IMG/VR virus record: IMGVR_UViG_3300013232_000048
Direction: 5' to 3' (one strand)
Source of the DNA: a virus
DNA length: 53,878 nucleotides
Positions 19,257-28,236 of this stretch are shown here, piece by piece (positions within the stretch are counted from its first letter, which is position 1; each line of letters opens with the position of its first letter). The notes under the pieces were generated by a model. That model worked only from the letters and a program-made list of their open reading frames with translations. It did not search any database and was not told the DNA's origin. The position numbers and the translations under genes were made by a program.

Positions 19257-19468
19257 TGACCTGGCCAGAGTTTCAAGATTATGTAAACGAAAACATAGAT
19301 TTCACCAAGCAATGTATTGTTTTCAAATGTTTGAAGTGTGGACGGAAACATTATCATACAGGCATCACCGAATACGTTTACAAGTTACGATATAAACACA
19401 CTTGTTTTTATTGTGATGGAGAAGAAAAAGAAGTTTATGGAGGACCATTCAATGGAACTATTCACTAA
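19253..19468 (+). CDS. small zinc-ribbon protein
   Basis: 71 aa with CLKCGRKH...CFYCDG (two CxxC pairs). Confidence 0.4.
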   Translation: MMTWPEFQDYVNENIDFTKQCIVFKCLKCGRKHYHTGITEYVYKLRYKHTCFYCDGEEKEVYGGPFNGTIH

Positions 19469-20138
19469 AGAAGAAATTGAGAAGTATGGGTTCATTTATG
19501 AACCTGACGAAACTAAGTGTAAGACCGCAAAAACGGGTCCACATTACAAGTGTAACTATTACAAGGACGGAGTGTTTACTGACACCGCAGGTCCAGTTCT
19601 TACTGATGAATGGAAAGAGTTAGTTGTTGAACATATCAAGTCCAGAATTCCACAGTGGACATATTTTCATTCCATATTTGTGCCAGATGTTTCTCCTATG
19701 AGTGGAGAAGGAGTTAGGTGTCAGTTTGTAATGGTACGTGGACATGGGAATGAACTTGTAGATAAATGGTTCAAGACTGGGTTTCTTGATGATATAGCAT
19801 TGGATCAATATCCCGAGGCAGCATTGTTTTTCCATCATGTTGCCAAAGAGATTATCCGTTCAAATCCAACAAAGGGAACTCCAGAATGGGATAGGTTTGA
19901 TAAGTTGGCAGGTCTTGTATTACCTGTTGCTCATGATTTGTTCAAGAAGTGTTATCCCCACACCCCAGACCCAAAATGGATAATGGAACAATGTGAAAAG
20001 TTTTTCGATGAACATCAAAGTCTATACGAAGACCTGAAACAGGGGATAGCACAAGACCATGAGCGAGAGTTCGGGGAGTTGTGTTTGATGGAATTAGAAA
20101 GGAGTTTGAGTTATGAAATGTTCCGCCGGACCAAATGA
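19437..20138 (+). CDS. hypothetical protein (track ORF 19338-20138 trimmed to ATG 19437)
   Basis: Long ORF. The upstream part overlaps the previous gene and GGAG precedes ATG 19437. Confidence 0.45.
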   Translation: MEDHSMELFTKEEIEKYGFIYEPDETKCKTAKTGPHYKCNYYKDGVFTDTAGPVLTDEWKELVVEHIKSRIPQWTYFHSIFVPDVSPMSGEGVRCQFVMVRGHGNELVDKWFKTGFLDDIALDQYPEAALFFHHVAKEIIRSNPTKGTPEWDRFDKLAGLVLPVAHDLFKKCYPHTPDPKWIMEQCEKFFDEHQSLYEDLKQGIAQDHEREFGELCLMELERSLSYEMFRRTK

Positions 20139-20394
20139 TTATCATTTTCTAGCCAAACAAAAACTTGTATTAACTTTGCGTGATTGTCAGCATAAAGTTA
20201 CGAATGTTATAACTGCTTCGGTAAACTGGGATTTGTTTGAAGATCTTATTCCTCACCACGGAGAAACGGCGGCTAAAGATGCGTGGTGGGAAGTATATTT
20301 GTGGATGAAAGAACAAGAAAAAATACAAGATGATAGCTTACAAACTGTTCAGAAAACGGAAGAATGGAACTCTGGGTCCATTGTTCATCAATAG
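20113..20394 (+). CDS. hypothetical protein
   Basis: 93-aa ORF that overlaps the next ORF in another frame. Confidence 0.3.
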   Translation: MKCSAGPNDYHFLAKQKLVLTLRDCQHKVTNVITASVNWDLFEDLIPHHGETAAKDAWWEVYLWMKEQEKIQDDSLQTVQKTEEWNSGSIVHQ

Positions 20395-20641
20395 AACTTT
20401 GATAATACCTCAAGGTCAGTGGTTGAAAGCAGAAGCTCATCGAACCAAACGATTTAAGTTTAGACCTGGATGGCATTGTTGTGCTTTTCCTAAAGCACCG
20501 CATTTGTCTATGAAAGATCGAGTGTGGTGTGAAGTTGAAATCGAAGATTTTGTGGGATTTGTTAGACCCGAAAGTCAAGGTGGATTGTGGTATTTAGCAA
20601 AAAACTTGCGGTTGATTGGAGAAATGAAACAGAGACATTGA
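20330..20641 (+). CDS. hypothetical protein
   Basis: 103-aa ORF that is basic and Trp/Cys-containing. It overlaps the ORF at 20113-20394, so one of the two may be spurious. Confidence 0.3.
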   Translation: MIAYKLFRKRKNGTLGPLFINRTLIIPQGQWLKAEAHRTKRFKFRPGWHCCAFPKAPHLSMKDRVWCEVEIEDFVGFVRPESQGGLWYLAKNLRLIGEMKQRH

Positions 20642-20801
20642 TATGAATACCATTGAAAAGATTGTTGTTGCGTGCGCCGGTATTGTTCTGGTGGTAGTGA
20701 TGGGAATAATTTGTCTGTTTACAACGAGGCCAAATCCGTTTCCACATCAAGATCATCCTGGCATTCCAAGGAATTGACATAAAACAATACACGATATCTA
20801 A

Positions 20802-21425
20802 ATGGGTTATTTTAATATGAACTACACTTGTCATAGCGGAGGATGTCCCGGCGCAGATATGGCGTGGGAGCGATTGGGTAAAAGATATGGCGTCAAAACC
20901 ATCGCTTACTCATTTCACAACCATGTTCACGAGGGGGAGAACCCAAAGATTTTGACCGTGGACGAACTAGCAGAGGGATGGACACACGTTAAGATGGCAG
21001 ACAGGACGTTGAAGAAGAACGTGGAGAGTCTTGATTCGCCGTATATGAGAAACCTCCTTTGTCGGAACTGGTTTCAGGTCAAAAACTCCGATGTGGTGAT
21101 CGCCATAGGTAAACTTATAGACCAACATACGGTTGGCGGAGGTACTGGTTGGGCAGTCCAAATGGCTATTGACGCTGACAAACCAGTGTTTCTATTCCTT
21201 CAAGACGCTATGGGAGGCGGTTGGTTTAGGTATATGCCCATCGTGGGGTTTGAATGGAATCGTGGTGAGATACCAAGACTGACAGAGAATTTTGCGGGTA
21301 TTGGTACTCGGGCATTGAACCAGTACGGTGAAGCAGAAATAGACAGAGTATATCGTCTAACTTGTATTGACGATTACAATGAAAAATTGAAAGGTTCGGG
21401 ATTTAGAAAGATGTATCCACAATGA
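20802..21425 (+). CDS. SLOG-superfamily (DprA/Smf/LOG-like) Rossmann-fold nucleotide-binding protein
   Basis: HSGGCPGADMAWE resembles the SGGA(R/K)GID motif. VVIAIGKLIDQHTVGGGTGWAVQMAIDADKPVFLF resembles the second DprA/LOG motif (GGGxG ... vfavp). Confidence 0.55.
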   Translation: MGYFNMNYTCHSGGCPGADMAWERLGKRYGVKTIAYSFHNHVHEGENPKILTVDELAEGWTHVKMADRTLKKNVESLDSPYMRNLLCRNWFQVKNSDVVIAIGKLIDQHTVGGGTGWAVQMAIDADKPVFLFLQDAMGGGWFRYMPIVGFEWNRGEIPRLTENFAGIGTRALNQYGEAEIDRVYRLTCIDDYNEKLKGSGFRKMYPQ

Positions 21426-22156
21426 AAGCATTCGTAAAAGTTAGAAAAGGAAACTTCCCCGACGTAAATTATTTTATGGCGTGGAAAGGATTTGATGAAA
21501 TCGGTTATGAAGTCATCAAGTTTGAAGAAGACCAAGAAAGTACCATTGATGTCACCGAGGATACTCCCGTGTTTGCGGGCGTGGGTTCCTGTCGCAAAAT
21601 CATCAAGCGAGTGTGGGGATGGGACTATACAGGTATCAATCCTTACCCCGACGAATTGATGCCATATATGCATCGTAAAGTGGAGCGTAAGAAATGGATA
21701 GATGCTCGGCAAGAAGCTTTGGAAGGACATAAGTTCATCAAACCTGTAATTCAAAAACAGTTTACGGGTGTGGTATTAAGTACGCTTTTAGACACCATCC
21801 GCACAGGCAAGATAGATGAAAACCATGAGGTATATGTAGTCGAACCTGTTGAGTTTATCGCAGAATATCGAGTATATGTCCATGAACATGAAATCGTTGG
21901 CGTAAAACATTACTTTGGAGATTGGTATAGTGCTCCGGCCAAAAGAGTTGTTGATGATATGATTGAGGCATATAAACCGTCAGCACCAATAGCATATGGG
22001 TTAGATGTTGGTATTATCAAAGACAATCAATATCATTTAGCTCCGGTAGAAATCAATGACGGTATTTGTCTTGGAAACTATGGGCTGGATCAGATACATT
22101 ATGCCGAAATGATTGCGGCAAGATGGCAAGAGCTTACAACCAATGGAAAAGTATAA
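21422..22156 (+). CDS. ATP-grasp-like enzyme
   Basis: 244 aa. HKFIKPVIQKQFTGVV followed by alternating hydrophobic strands and EINDGIC/LGNYGL resembles ATP-grasp ligases. No exact motif is certain. Confidence 0.4.
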   Translation: MKAFVKVRKGNFPDVNYFMAWKGFDEIGYEVIKFEEDQESTIDVTEDTPVFAGVGSCRKIIKRVWGWDYTGINPYPDELMPYMHRKVERKKWIDARQEALEGHKFIKPVIQKQFTGVVLSTLLDTIRTGKIDENHEVYVVEPVEFIAEYRVYVHEHEIVGVKHYFGDWYSAPAKRVVDDMIEAYKPSAPIAYGLDVGIIKDNQYHLAPVEINDGICLGNYGLDQIHYAEMIAARWQELTTNGKV

Positions 22157-22431
22157 TGGAATCGCTTAAGCATATTACGAAAGATGAATACTATGAGTGG
22201 CTGAAGTCTGCTGATAAGATTGATGCTGAATATCCTGCGTTTACAAGCTGTGGTGGCCCCCATGAATTTGTTACGTCCATTCATAAAGATGGAATGCTGT
22301 ATTCACTATGTTTTGGATGGTATCCCGAAAAAGATACAGATCCAAATGCAAAGTATAAGTTCAAAACCATTTACTGGTGGGGAATACAAAAGTTATACAA
22401 AGAACCGGGACAAGAAGGAGAAGGTATATGA
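22156..22431 (+). CDS. hypothetical protein
   Basis: The track ORF 22066-22431 overlaps the previous gene. ATG 22156 gives MESLKHITKDEYYEW.... Confidence 0.4.
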   Translation: MESLKHITKDEYYEWLKSADKIDAEYPAFTSCGGPHEFVTSIHKDGMLYSLCFGWYPEKDTDPNAKYKFKTIYWWGIQKLYKEPGQEGEGI

Positions 22432-22658
22432 TAATAACAAACGAAGTAGAGATTATTGATGTTAGTGCAGTAGATATTACAGACCTTCCGGTTGGGAAGT
22501 GCTTAGAACGTAAAGTAGTTTTTGTTGAAGATGGAACTTCTACGATTGCCTGTTTGAGATTCAAATTGAATGGAAAGTGGATTCATGTCCCCAAAGATAT
22601 TCTGAAACGAAATCTGAAAGGCCCACGTTCAAAAGAAAACAATTACGGAAGATGGTAA
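22428..22658 (+). CDS. hypothetical protein
   Basis: The ATG follows GGAGAAGG. The product is MIITNEVEIIDVS... and is basic at its C-terminus. Confidence 0.4.
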   Translation: MIITNEVEIIDVSAVDITDLPVGKCLERKVVFVEDGTSTIACLRFKLNGKWIHVPKDILKRNLKGPRSKENNYGRW

Positions 22659-22699
22659 AAAGAGTTGACATTGGGGTAAAGATGTAGTATGATGCGACA

Positions 22700-23113
22700 A
22701 TGAATGATTGGATTGAAAGAGCAATGCAAATAGCAACCGTTGCTCACGAAGGACAGAAGCGAACAAACGGAAGTTCTTACATAGAGCACCCTGCTCGGGT
22801 TGCAGCGAAGGTGGAAGATCGTCTAAAACCGATTGCGTGGTTGCACGATGTTGTGGAAGATACTAAGGTTACAATGGAAGACCTTAGAGCGGAGGGGTTT
22901 CCTACGTACATACTTGATGCTGTTGACGTTTTGACTCATAAAAACAAAGAGCCAAATATGACATATTGGAAACAAATCCTCACAAATCCAGATGCCGTTA
23001 TCGTTAAACTAAGGGATATTGAGGATAATCTCGCTGAAACGCCGAGTGAGTACGCCAAAGAAAAGTATGCACGGGCGTTGGCATTATTCAAGCAAGCGGG
23101 GCATTCTCTTTGA
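22700..23113 (+). CDS. HD-domain small alarmone hydrolase (RelA/SpoT hydrolase-like, Mesh1/SAH-type)
   Basis: 137 aa. It carries AxxAHxGQKRxxGxxYIEHPxxVA ... LHDVVEDT, the classic (p)ppGpp hydrolase HD signature. Confidence 0.75.
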   Translation: MNDWIERAMQIATVAHEGQKRTNGSSYIEHPARVAAKVEDRLKPIAWLHDVVEDTKVTMEDLRAEGFPTYILDAVDVLTHKNKEPNMTYWKQILTNPDAVIVKLRDIEDNLAETPSEYAKEKYARALALFKQAGHSL

Positions 23114-23148
23114 TATTTTTGGTTGGCGAGACATATTTATAAGACACC

Positions 23149-23225
23149 GCTGGTGTAGTCCAATGGAAGGAGACAAGCGACTTAAAATCGCTACAGTGCG
23201 GGTTCGAGTCCCGCTACCAGCACCA
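23149..23225 (+). tRNA. tRNA, class I body with anticodon UAA (a Leu-decoding anticodon); CCA encoded
   Basis: Acceptor GCTGGTG/TACCAGC. The anticodon stem AGCGA/TCGCT is perfect with loop CTTAAAA. T-arm is GCGGG-TTCGAGT-CCCGC. The variable loop is short. Confidence 0.6.
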
Positions 23226-23227
23226 AT

Positions 23228-23312
23228 GGCCGTGTGGATAAGGGAAGCAGGTACAACCGGAAGTCCTAAAAACTTCTATCCTATGTGGGTTCGAATCCCT
23301 CCACGGCTACCA
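23228..23312 (+). tRNA. tRNA, long (85 nt), putative anticodon UAA; arm assignment unresolved
   Basis: Acceptor GGCCGTG/CACGGCT and canonical T-loop TTCGAAT. The stem GAAGT/ACTTC with loop CCTAAAA is the likely anticodon arm. It is a paralog of the tRNA at 29420. Confidence 0.45.
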
Positions 23313-23501
23313 CTTTATGGAAAAAACCGATACATTACTATTAGATTGGTTTGATCAAGGAGAAGTTATTGATAAAATACATCAAGTAGAATGGATTGTG
23401 TTACATAAAAAGATAAGTGTGCGAGACGCCATTAAAAGATGTCTTGAATTCGAAGATGAGATTACATAATTTTTCAGATTATAAAAAGCCAGAAAAACTG
23501 C

Positions 23502-23531
23502 TTGACATTTTCGTGGGTTTGTCCTATACTT
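23502..23531 (+). promoter_or_regulatory. sigma70-like promoter (TTGACA-N18-TATACT)
   Basis: TTGACAttttcgtgggtttgtccTATACT sits upstream of the OMP gene, and the SD AAAGAGAAAG precedes its ATG. Confidence 0.45.
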
Positions 23532-23594
23532 ATCCACGATATAGTAGCCTTGTAAAGTAATGGGCTACAAAACAACCAAAAGAGAAAGAAAACT

Positions 23595-24155
23595 ATGAAG
23601 AAATTCACAAAATTGTTCGTTGGCGTGTTTTGCGCCGTGTTACTTGCAACCTCGGCATTTGCTGCTGATAAGGTAGTAAAGGCAACCAATGCTCCGGTCG
23701 CCGTAGAAACAGTGAAAGCTGCTCCGGCTCCTGAAGCATGGGTACTAACTCTTGGTGGAGTTGGAAATACGGTAACAACCTCGGGTGGAGATACCGCATT
23801 TGGTGTGGATCTGAGCTTGGGTCGCACTGGGCATTTGCTTCTGCCGCTTGAAGCTGGTGTTCGTCAAAGTGTATCCTACAGTGATGGAGATACTACATTG
23901 AATACTCGTCTGTATAGTGACTGGACGCTGTTTACTGTTGTCAAAAAGGTTGACGTGTTTACCGGCGTAGCTGTTGGTGTTCAATATGGGAACCAAAATC
24001 CATCGTGGGAATTGGCTCCTGAAGCCGGTGTAAGATGGTGGCTTAAGAAGGATGTTGCCGCTGTTGCTCGGGCTGAGTTTCCATTTGCCATTGATGACAG
24101 TTGGAAATACAAGGACGACGTTCGTTATTTCCTTGGCTTCGCAGTGAAGTTCTAA
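23595..24155 (+). CDS. outer-membrane beta-barrel protein (OmpW/OmpA-like fold)
   Basis: Signal peptide MKKFTKLFVGVFCAVLLATSAFA, alternating amphipathic beta-strands rich in G/Y/W, and a C-terminal ...GFAVKF ending in Phe. Confidence 0.65.
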   Translation: MKKFTKLFVGVFCAVLLATSAFAADKVVKATNAPVAVETVKAAPAPEAWVLTLGGVGNTVTTSGGDTAFGVDLSLGRTGHLLLPLEAGVRQSVSYSDGDTTLNTRLYSDWTLFTVVKKVDVFTGVAVGVQYGNQNPSWELAPEAGVRWWLKKDVAAVARAEFPFAIDDSWKYKDDVRYFLGFAVKF

Positions 24156-24216
24156 ACAGATTTGCGGAGCAATTCGCAAATGGTGGAGGGTAACGCTCTT
24201 TGAGCTATCGCCCCTA

Positions 24217-24247
24217 GCGAGTGGCCTTCGGGTCACTCGTTTTTATG
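24217..24247 (+). terminator. rho-independent terminator
   Basis: CGAGTGGCCTTCGGGTCACTCG followed by TTTTTAT, directly after the OMP gene. Confidence 0.5.
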
Positions 24248-24295
24248 TACATTATCGGCTTGACAAAAAGTATTATTTGTGGTATGGTGTGTCCA

Positions 24296-24487
24296 ATGAA
24301 GAAAACGACTAAACATAACATCTACGAAGTGTGGTGTGATTATACTGCGTCCAGTGTGTTTCTTGATCATAAACCCACCAAAAAAGAAGTAGAAGAAATT
24401 CGCCGTAAACAATGGCCAGGATCTGATCAATGGGATATTCCATACAAGATTATTGTATTTAAGCTGAAACCTTTTTATACAAAATGA
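24296..24487 (+). CDS. hypothetical small protein
   Basis: The promoter-like TTGACAaaaagtattatttgtggTATGGT at 24260-24288 precedes the ORF MKKTTKHNIYEVWCDY.... Confidence 0.35.
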   Translation: MKKTTKHNIYEVWCDYTASSVFLDHKPTKKEVEEIRRKQWPGSDQWDIPYKIIVFKLKPFYTK

Positions 24488-24723
24488 GTAAATATGTTGA
24501 CCCAAAATCGGTTAAGATGATTGACCTTGTTAAGGATAACAAGAAGGTTCGATTTTCTTGTTTTCGTGATGGAGAGTTCTGGTATGAGCATGAGGATGGC
24601 CTTTTGTTTCCAATCGCACTGAGCGAAATCACTGCAAGTAGAGTTATATTACTTGCCGAGGACAAAGCGATTTACTTTATGCGGTGGATGAAGAAATACA
24701 TCGCCGCATCTAAGGAAACATAA
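24484..24723 (+). CDS. hypothetical protein
   Basis: 79-aa ORF with an ATGA overlap. Confidence 0.4.
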   Translation: MSKYVDPKSVKMIDLVKDNKKVRFSCFRDGEFWYEHEDGLLFPIALSEITASRVILLAEDKAIYFMRWMKKYIAASKET

Positions 24724-24725
24724 GT

Positions 24726-25127
24726 ATGATTGCATACATTAGTGGGCATTTGGATTTGAAAGTTGAAGAGTTTGACCAGCATTATGGCTCTTTAATAAGA
24801 GAAGCGGTTAAACGTGGGGATACTTTTGTTGTTGGGGATGCCAGGGGTACTGATACGATGGCATTGCAATACTTAATACCTCAAAAGCCATTGGGGGTTA
24901 CTTTGTACCATATGTTTGTCAAACCTAGAACCCCCGAACATGTACTGATGGCTATTACAAACCAACTCAACTTGAAAATAGTCGGTGGTTTCAAATCGGA
25001 TGAAGAGCGTGATGCGGCGATGACGGCGGCAAGTGATTATGATATTGCTTGGGTGCGTCCTGGTAGAGAAAAATCTGGTACAGCAAAAAACATTGCAAGG
25101 AGAGCAAAATGTCAAATGACGAAATGA
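24726..25127 (+). CDS. second SLOG/DprA-like Rossmann protein (YpsA-like)
   Basis: 133 aa. TFVVGDARGTDTMALQYL resembles the SGGARGID/DprA-LOG motif, and a second glycine-rich strand is present. Confidence 0.45.
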   Translation: MIAYISGHLDLKVEEFDQHYGSLIREAVKRGDTFVVGDARGTDTMALQYLIPQKPLGVTLYHMFVKPRTPEHVLMAITNQLNLKIVGGFKSDEERDAAMTAASDYDIAWVRPGREKSGTAKNIARRAKCQMTK

Positions 25128-25257
25128 GTAATGAAGAATTTCGTAAGTATGCCGAAGAAGTTTTTCCATTTCGGGTAGATAAAAGATGGGACAGTGTTGA
25201 TGATTGGATAAAGTATGGTGATATGTTTGTTAATTTGAGTATGCCAGACGATCCAAA

Positions 25258-25452
25258 ATGAAAGTGTTACGTAAAACAATCAAGTGGCTAATTGACTGGG
25301 ATGGTAAGAACAACCTAGTAGAGATTGAAACTACTGAAGATGGAAGAGAGTTTGTCTCCGTGAAACCGCTGACACGTCCTATTGGATTAGTGTTTTATTT
25401 AGATGGAATGGGAAAACGTTTTGATTTGTTTTATGACAGCCGAAATCAATAG
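25258..25452 (+). CDS. hypothetical small protein
   Basis: 64-aa ORF. Confidence 0.3.
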   Translation: MKVLRKTIKWLIDWDGKNNLVEIETTEDGREFVSVKPLTRPIGLVFYLDGMGKRFDLFYDSRNQ

Positions 25453-25501
25453 GGGACATTATTTTGTATCCTTTTCATATTTTCAATGATATTTATACCA
25501 T

Positions 25502-26242
25502 ATGAGAATAAATATGGAAGGACAACGATTTGGGCGTTTGTTAGTTGAAAAATTCAAAGGACAATCAAAAGATAGAAAGGCATTGTGGGAATGTTTGTGT
25601 GATTGTGGTAAGACTACAATCGTAAGAGGAAAACATTTACGGCGTGGCCAAATTGTAAGTTGTGGATGTTATCGTCGTGAAAAAGTGACGGAAGCACTTT
25701 TCAAAAACTTGACGGGAAAGCAATTTGGAAGATTAGTTGCTACGAAAATAGATAAAAATGTTCGTGGATGTTATTTTTGGGAATGCCTTTGTGATTGCGG
25801 TAAAAAAGTAATAGTTGCTGGCAATAAACTTACTTTTGGGCATACCCGAAGCTGTGGATGTCTTGCAAGAGAGATGGCATCTAAACATTTTAAGGCATTG
25901 TGTAAAATCCAAAAGGGAAAAAATCATCCACGATGGAATCCAAATATAACTAATGAAGAAAGACGAGAACGAATAGAACGAAAACGACAAGAATTTCGAG
26001 AATTAAAATGGAGAAATATGGTTTATGTTAGAGATAAATATACCTGTCAAAAATGTGGAGATTGTCGTGGAGGAAATCTTAATGCTCATCATATTTTCTC
26101 ATGGAAAGATTATCGAAAGTTGCGGTATGTAGAATCTAATGGGATAACTTTTTGTGAGGAATGTCATAAAAAGTTTCACGAAATAAATGGTTATGGAAAT
26201 AACACAAGAAAACAACTTACAGATTACATGCAAATTGTGTAA
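25502..26242 (+). CDS. HNH homing endonuclease with duplicated Cys4 zinc modules
   Basis: Two repeats, CLCDCGK...SCGC, followed by YTCQKCGDC...NAHHIFSW...N...FCEECHKKFH, the HNH motif. Confidence 0.75.
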   Translation: MRINMEGQRFGRLLVEKFKGQSKDRKALWECLCDCGKTTIVRGKHLRRGQIVSCGCYRREKVTEALFKNLTGKQFGRLVATKIDKNVRGCYFWECLCDCGKKVIVAGNKLTFGHTRSCGCLAREMASKHFKALCKIQKGKNHPRWNPNITNEERRERIERKRQEFRELKWRNMVYVRDKYTCQKCGDCRGGNLNAHHIFSWKDYRKLRYVESNGITFCEECHKKFHEINGYGNNTRKQLTDYMQIV

Positions 26243-26504
26243 TATGCCAGCACCAACAAGGAAACATCATCTTATTCCTCGGTGTAAAAAAGGAACTGAA
26301 ACGATTGATTGCTGTGAAACGTGTGAAAGCTATTTACATCGTCAATGGACTCATAATCAGCTTCGGGACACATACAATTCGGTAGAAGTAATCTTAGCAG
26401 ATGCCGGATTTCAAAAGTTTTTGAAATGGCGTCGTAAACAACCCGCCTCGGCGTTATTCAAATCAAGTCCAGGCAAATTTAGAGACAAACATCCATATCA
26501 TTGA
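26187..26504 (+). CDS. small HNH-like nuclease
   Basis: CKLCNMPAPTRKHHLIPRCKKG...DCCETCESYLHRQW. It is compact with a His-His plus Cys4 pattern. Confidence 0.45.
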   Translation: MVMEITQENNLQITCKLCNMPAPTRKHHLIPRCKKGTETIDCCETCESYLHRQWTHNQLRDTYNSVEVILADAGFQKFLKWRRKQPASALFKSSPGKFRDKHPYH

Positions 26505-26505
26505 T

Positions 26506-26769
26506 ATGAGGTTAACCATACCTATTCATTATGTCTATATTGTAAAGTGTGCCGATGGCACATTATACACGGGTTATACGATGGACTTGGATAAAAGGGT
26601 AGCCACTCATAACAAAGGTAAAGGAGCAAAGTACACCAAGCCAAGATTACCAGTGACGCTGGTGTATTTCGAAGAATATGAATTTCCTGGGGACGCTAAA
26701 AGGCGTGAGCATGCTATCAAACGATTGACCCGAAACCAAAAACTGATACTTATTTGTGCCCATGAATGA
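26506..26769 (+). CDS. GIY-YIG nuclease domain protein
   Basis: VYIVKCADGTLYTGYTMDLDKRVATHNKGKGAKYTK ... FEEYEF...REHAIKRL contains the GIY...YIG, Arg and Glu motifs. Confidence 0.8.
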   Translation: MRLTIPIHYVYIVKCADGTLYTGYTMDLDKRVATHNKGKGAKYTKPRLPVTLVYFEEYEFPGDAKRREHAIKRLTRNQKLILICAHE

Positions 26770-27082
26770 TATTTGCGAGGAATGTAAAGGTAAGTGCTGT
26801 CAAGGCATTATTGATGTTTATTCATCAGACGAAATTTTCTATGACGAGACATTAGTATGCGAAGCGGAAGACACCAAATATGATCGACAGATGCAAACGG
26901 TAGAAAACAATCGTTGTATTGCCTTGAAAGATGGAAAGTGTACCATTTATGAGAAGCGTCCTCAAGTATGTCGTTTGTTTGAAGTGGGAAATCGTTGCTG
27001 TGAGAATTTTCGCACGGGGCATTTGAATGCTCATACGTGCTTTCCGTGTCCCATAAGTGAAAGGGTATTATGCTTAATTTAA
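26756..27082 (+). CDS. Cys-rich hypothetical protein
   Basis: 108 aa with CEECKGKCC...C..C......C.C. Confidence 0.4.
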   Translation: MPMNDICEECKGKCCQGIIDVYSSDEIFYDETLVCEAEDTKYDRQMQTVENNRCIALKDGKCTIYEKRPQVCRLFEVGNRCCENFRTGHLNAHTCFPCPISERVLCLI

Positions 27083-27420
27083 CTGATTACCAATGGAATT
27101 CTTTGTTTGACGAAGTTGACAAAACTGTTATCAAAGCTCAAGATGATTTGCCCGAACCAGTTCGCAAAGAGGCGGAGAAGATTGAAGTCATTGTAGATAA
27201 GTATCAGTTTCCAATTGACCAGTGGAAGTACGTGAAGGTTTTGGGTTGTTATATGGCGTGGACGAATGGACCTATTGCCATTTTTGCCGGTCAGATTTAC
27301 GAAGACTGCCATCAGGATATGGAAGTGGCGATGGCCTCGGTGAGACAGATTTATTATCACGAACTGGCACACGCCATTGGTGACTTGGGAGAACTGGAAG
27401 TAAAAGAACGAGGATTGTGA
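27070..27420 (+). CDS. putative HExxH metallopeptidase-like protein
   Basis: 116 aa with IYYHELAHAIGD, a zincin-type HExxH motif. Confidence 0.35.
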   Translation: MLNLTDYQWNSLFDEVDKTVIKAQDDLPEPVRKEAEKIEVIVDKYQFPIDQWKYVKVLGCYMAWTNGPIAIFAGQIYEDCHQDMEVAMASVRQIYYHELAHAIGDLGELEVKERGL

Positions 27421-27455
27421 TTGTTTTTTGTTAATAACCCGATATTTATACCTGT

Positions 27456-27941
27456 ATGAATATAAAGATTCAAGCTATTCTGATAAAAACAGCCAGAGAA
27501 CTTGTTAAACTTGGTTGGTCGCCCGACTCCGACTATGAGATTACAGTTAAATCCGAAGGACAAGTGCCCTTAACAAAACAAATTGGAGTCGAGGGAATAC
27601 TAGAAGATGAAACATGGCAAGATCACGTTGAAACGAATATTCATTTGAAACTTTCGTCTGATGATGAGTTAACATATTTTCCATCTTATACTGTTTATGC
27701 CAGTATCAGACTTGAAGGAGTGCCGCCAAAAGATATTGCTTATGGCCTAGACGCCGATGTGGCGTTTACTGAGAAAGATGCTCGTGATGACGCCAAGATA
27801 TCCATGGCAGGCAAGAAAATTGATCGTATGGTTCAAAACTACATTGAACAACAGTTTGGGGATTATGTAGATATGAACGCAGCGCAAATTATCAACTATA
27901 AACAGGGTGGCGGAATTCCTGATCAAGACTTGGAGCGTTAA
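27456..27941 (+). CDS. hypothetical protein
   Basis: 161-aa acidic ORF. Confidence 0.45.
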   Translation: MNIKIQAILIKTARELVKLGWSPDSDYEITVKSEGQVPLTKQIGVEGILEDETWQDHVETNIHLKLSSDDELTYFPSYTVYASIRLEGVPPKDIAYGLDADVAFTEKDARDDAKISMAGKKIDRMVQNYIEQQFGDYVDMNAAQIINYKQGGGIPDQDLER

Positions 27942-27946
27942 AAGTA

Positions 27947-27975
27947 CTTGACAATTTTACGGGATGTGATATAGT
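27947..27975 (+). promoter_or_regulatory. sigma70-like promoter (TTGACA-N17-TATAGT) driving the tRNA array
   Basis: TTGACAattttacgggatgtgaTATAGT. Confidence 0.5.
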
Positions 27976-28032
27976 GTGTTCGTAAAGTGAAGTTGGGATT
28001 TGGCACAAGAAGAAAAAAGTGCGAAATAATCG

Positions 28033-28061
28033 TTGACAAGACGATATGTATGTGATAGAGT
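28033..28061 (+). promoter_or_regulatory. second sigma70-like promoter (TTGACA-N17-TAGAGT)
   Basis: TTGACAagacgatatgtatgtgaTAGAGT, about 90 nt upstream of the first tRNA. Confidence 0.5.
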
Positions 28062-28149
28062 GGTCGTAGTAATGGCTGATTCGTTCAATAGTAGGACGGG
28101 ATCCTCATAAGGTCAAAACACTGGGGCAGAACCAGTATCAGCTACCAAT

Positions 28150-28223
28150 GCGGATGTAGCACAATGGCAGTGCAGGACGTTGCCAACGTTCATACGAGGG
28201 TTCGATTCCCTTCATCCGCTCCA
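28150..28223 (+). tRNA. tRNA-Gly(GCC)
   Basis: Acceptor GCGGATG/CATCCGC. Anticodon stem GGACG/CGTTC with loop TTGCCAA. T-arm GAGGG-TTCGATT-CCCTT. CCA encoded. Confidence 0.7.
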
Positions 28224-28236
28224 ATTTGATAGATGT

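Noticed and set aside
23019-23354. Track ORF 23019-23354 (+)
   Set aside because: It spans two tRNA genes and runs out of frame with the well-supported HD hydrolase gene.
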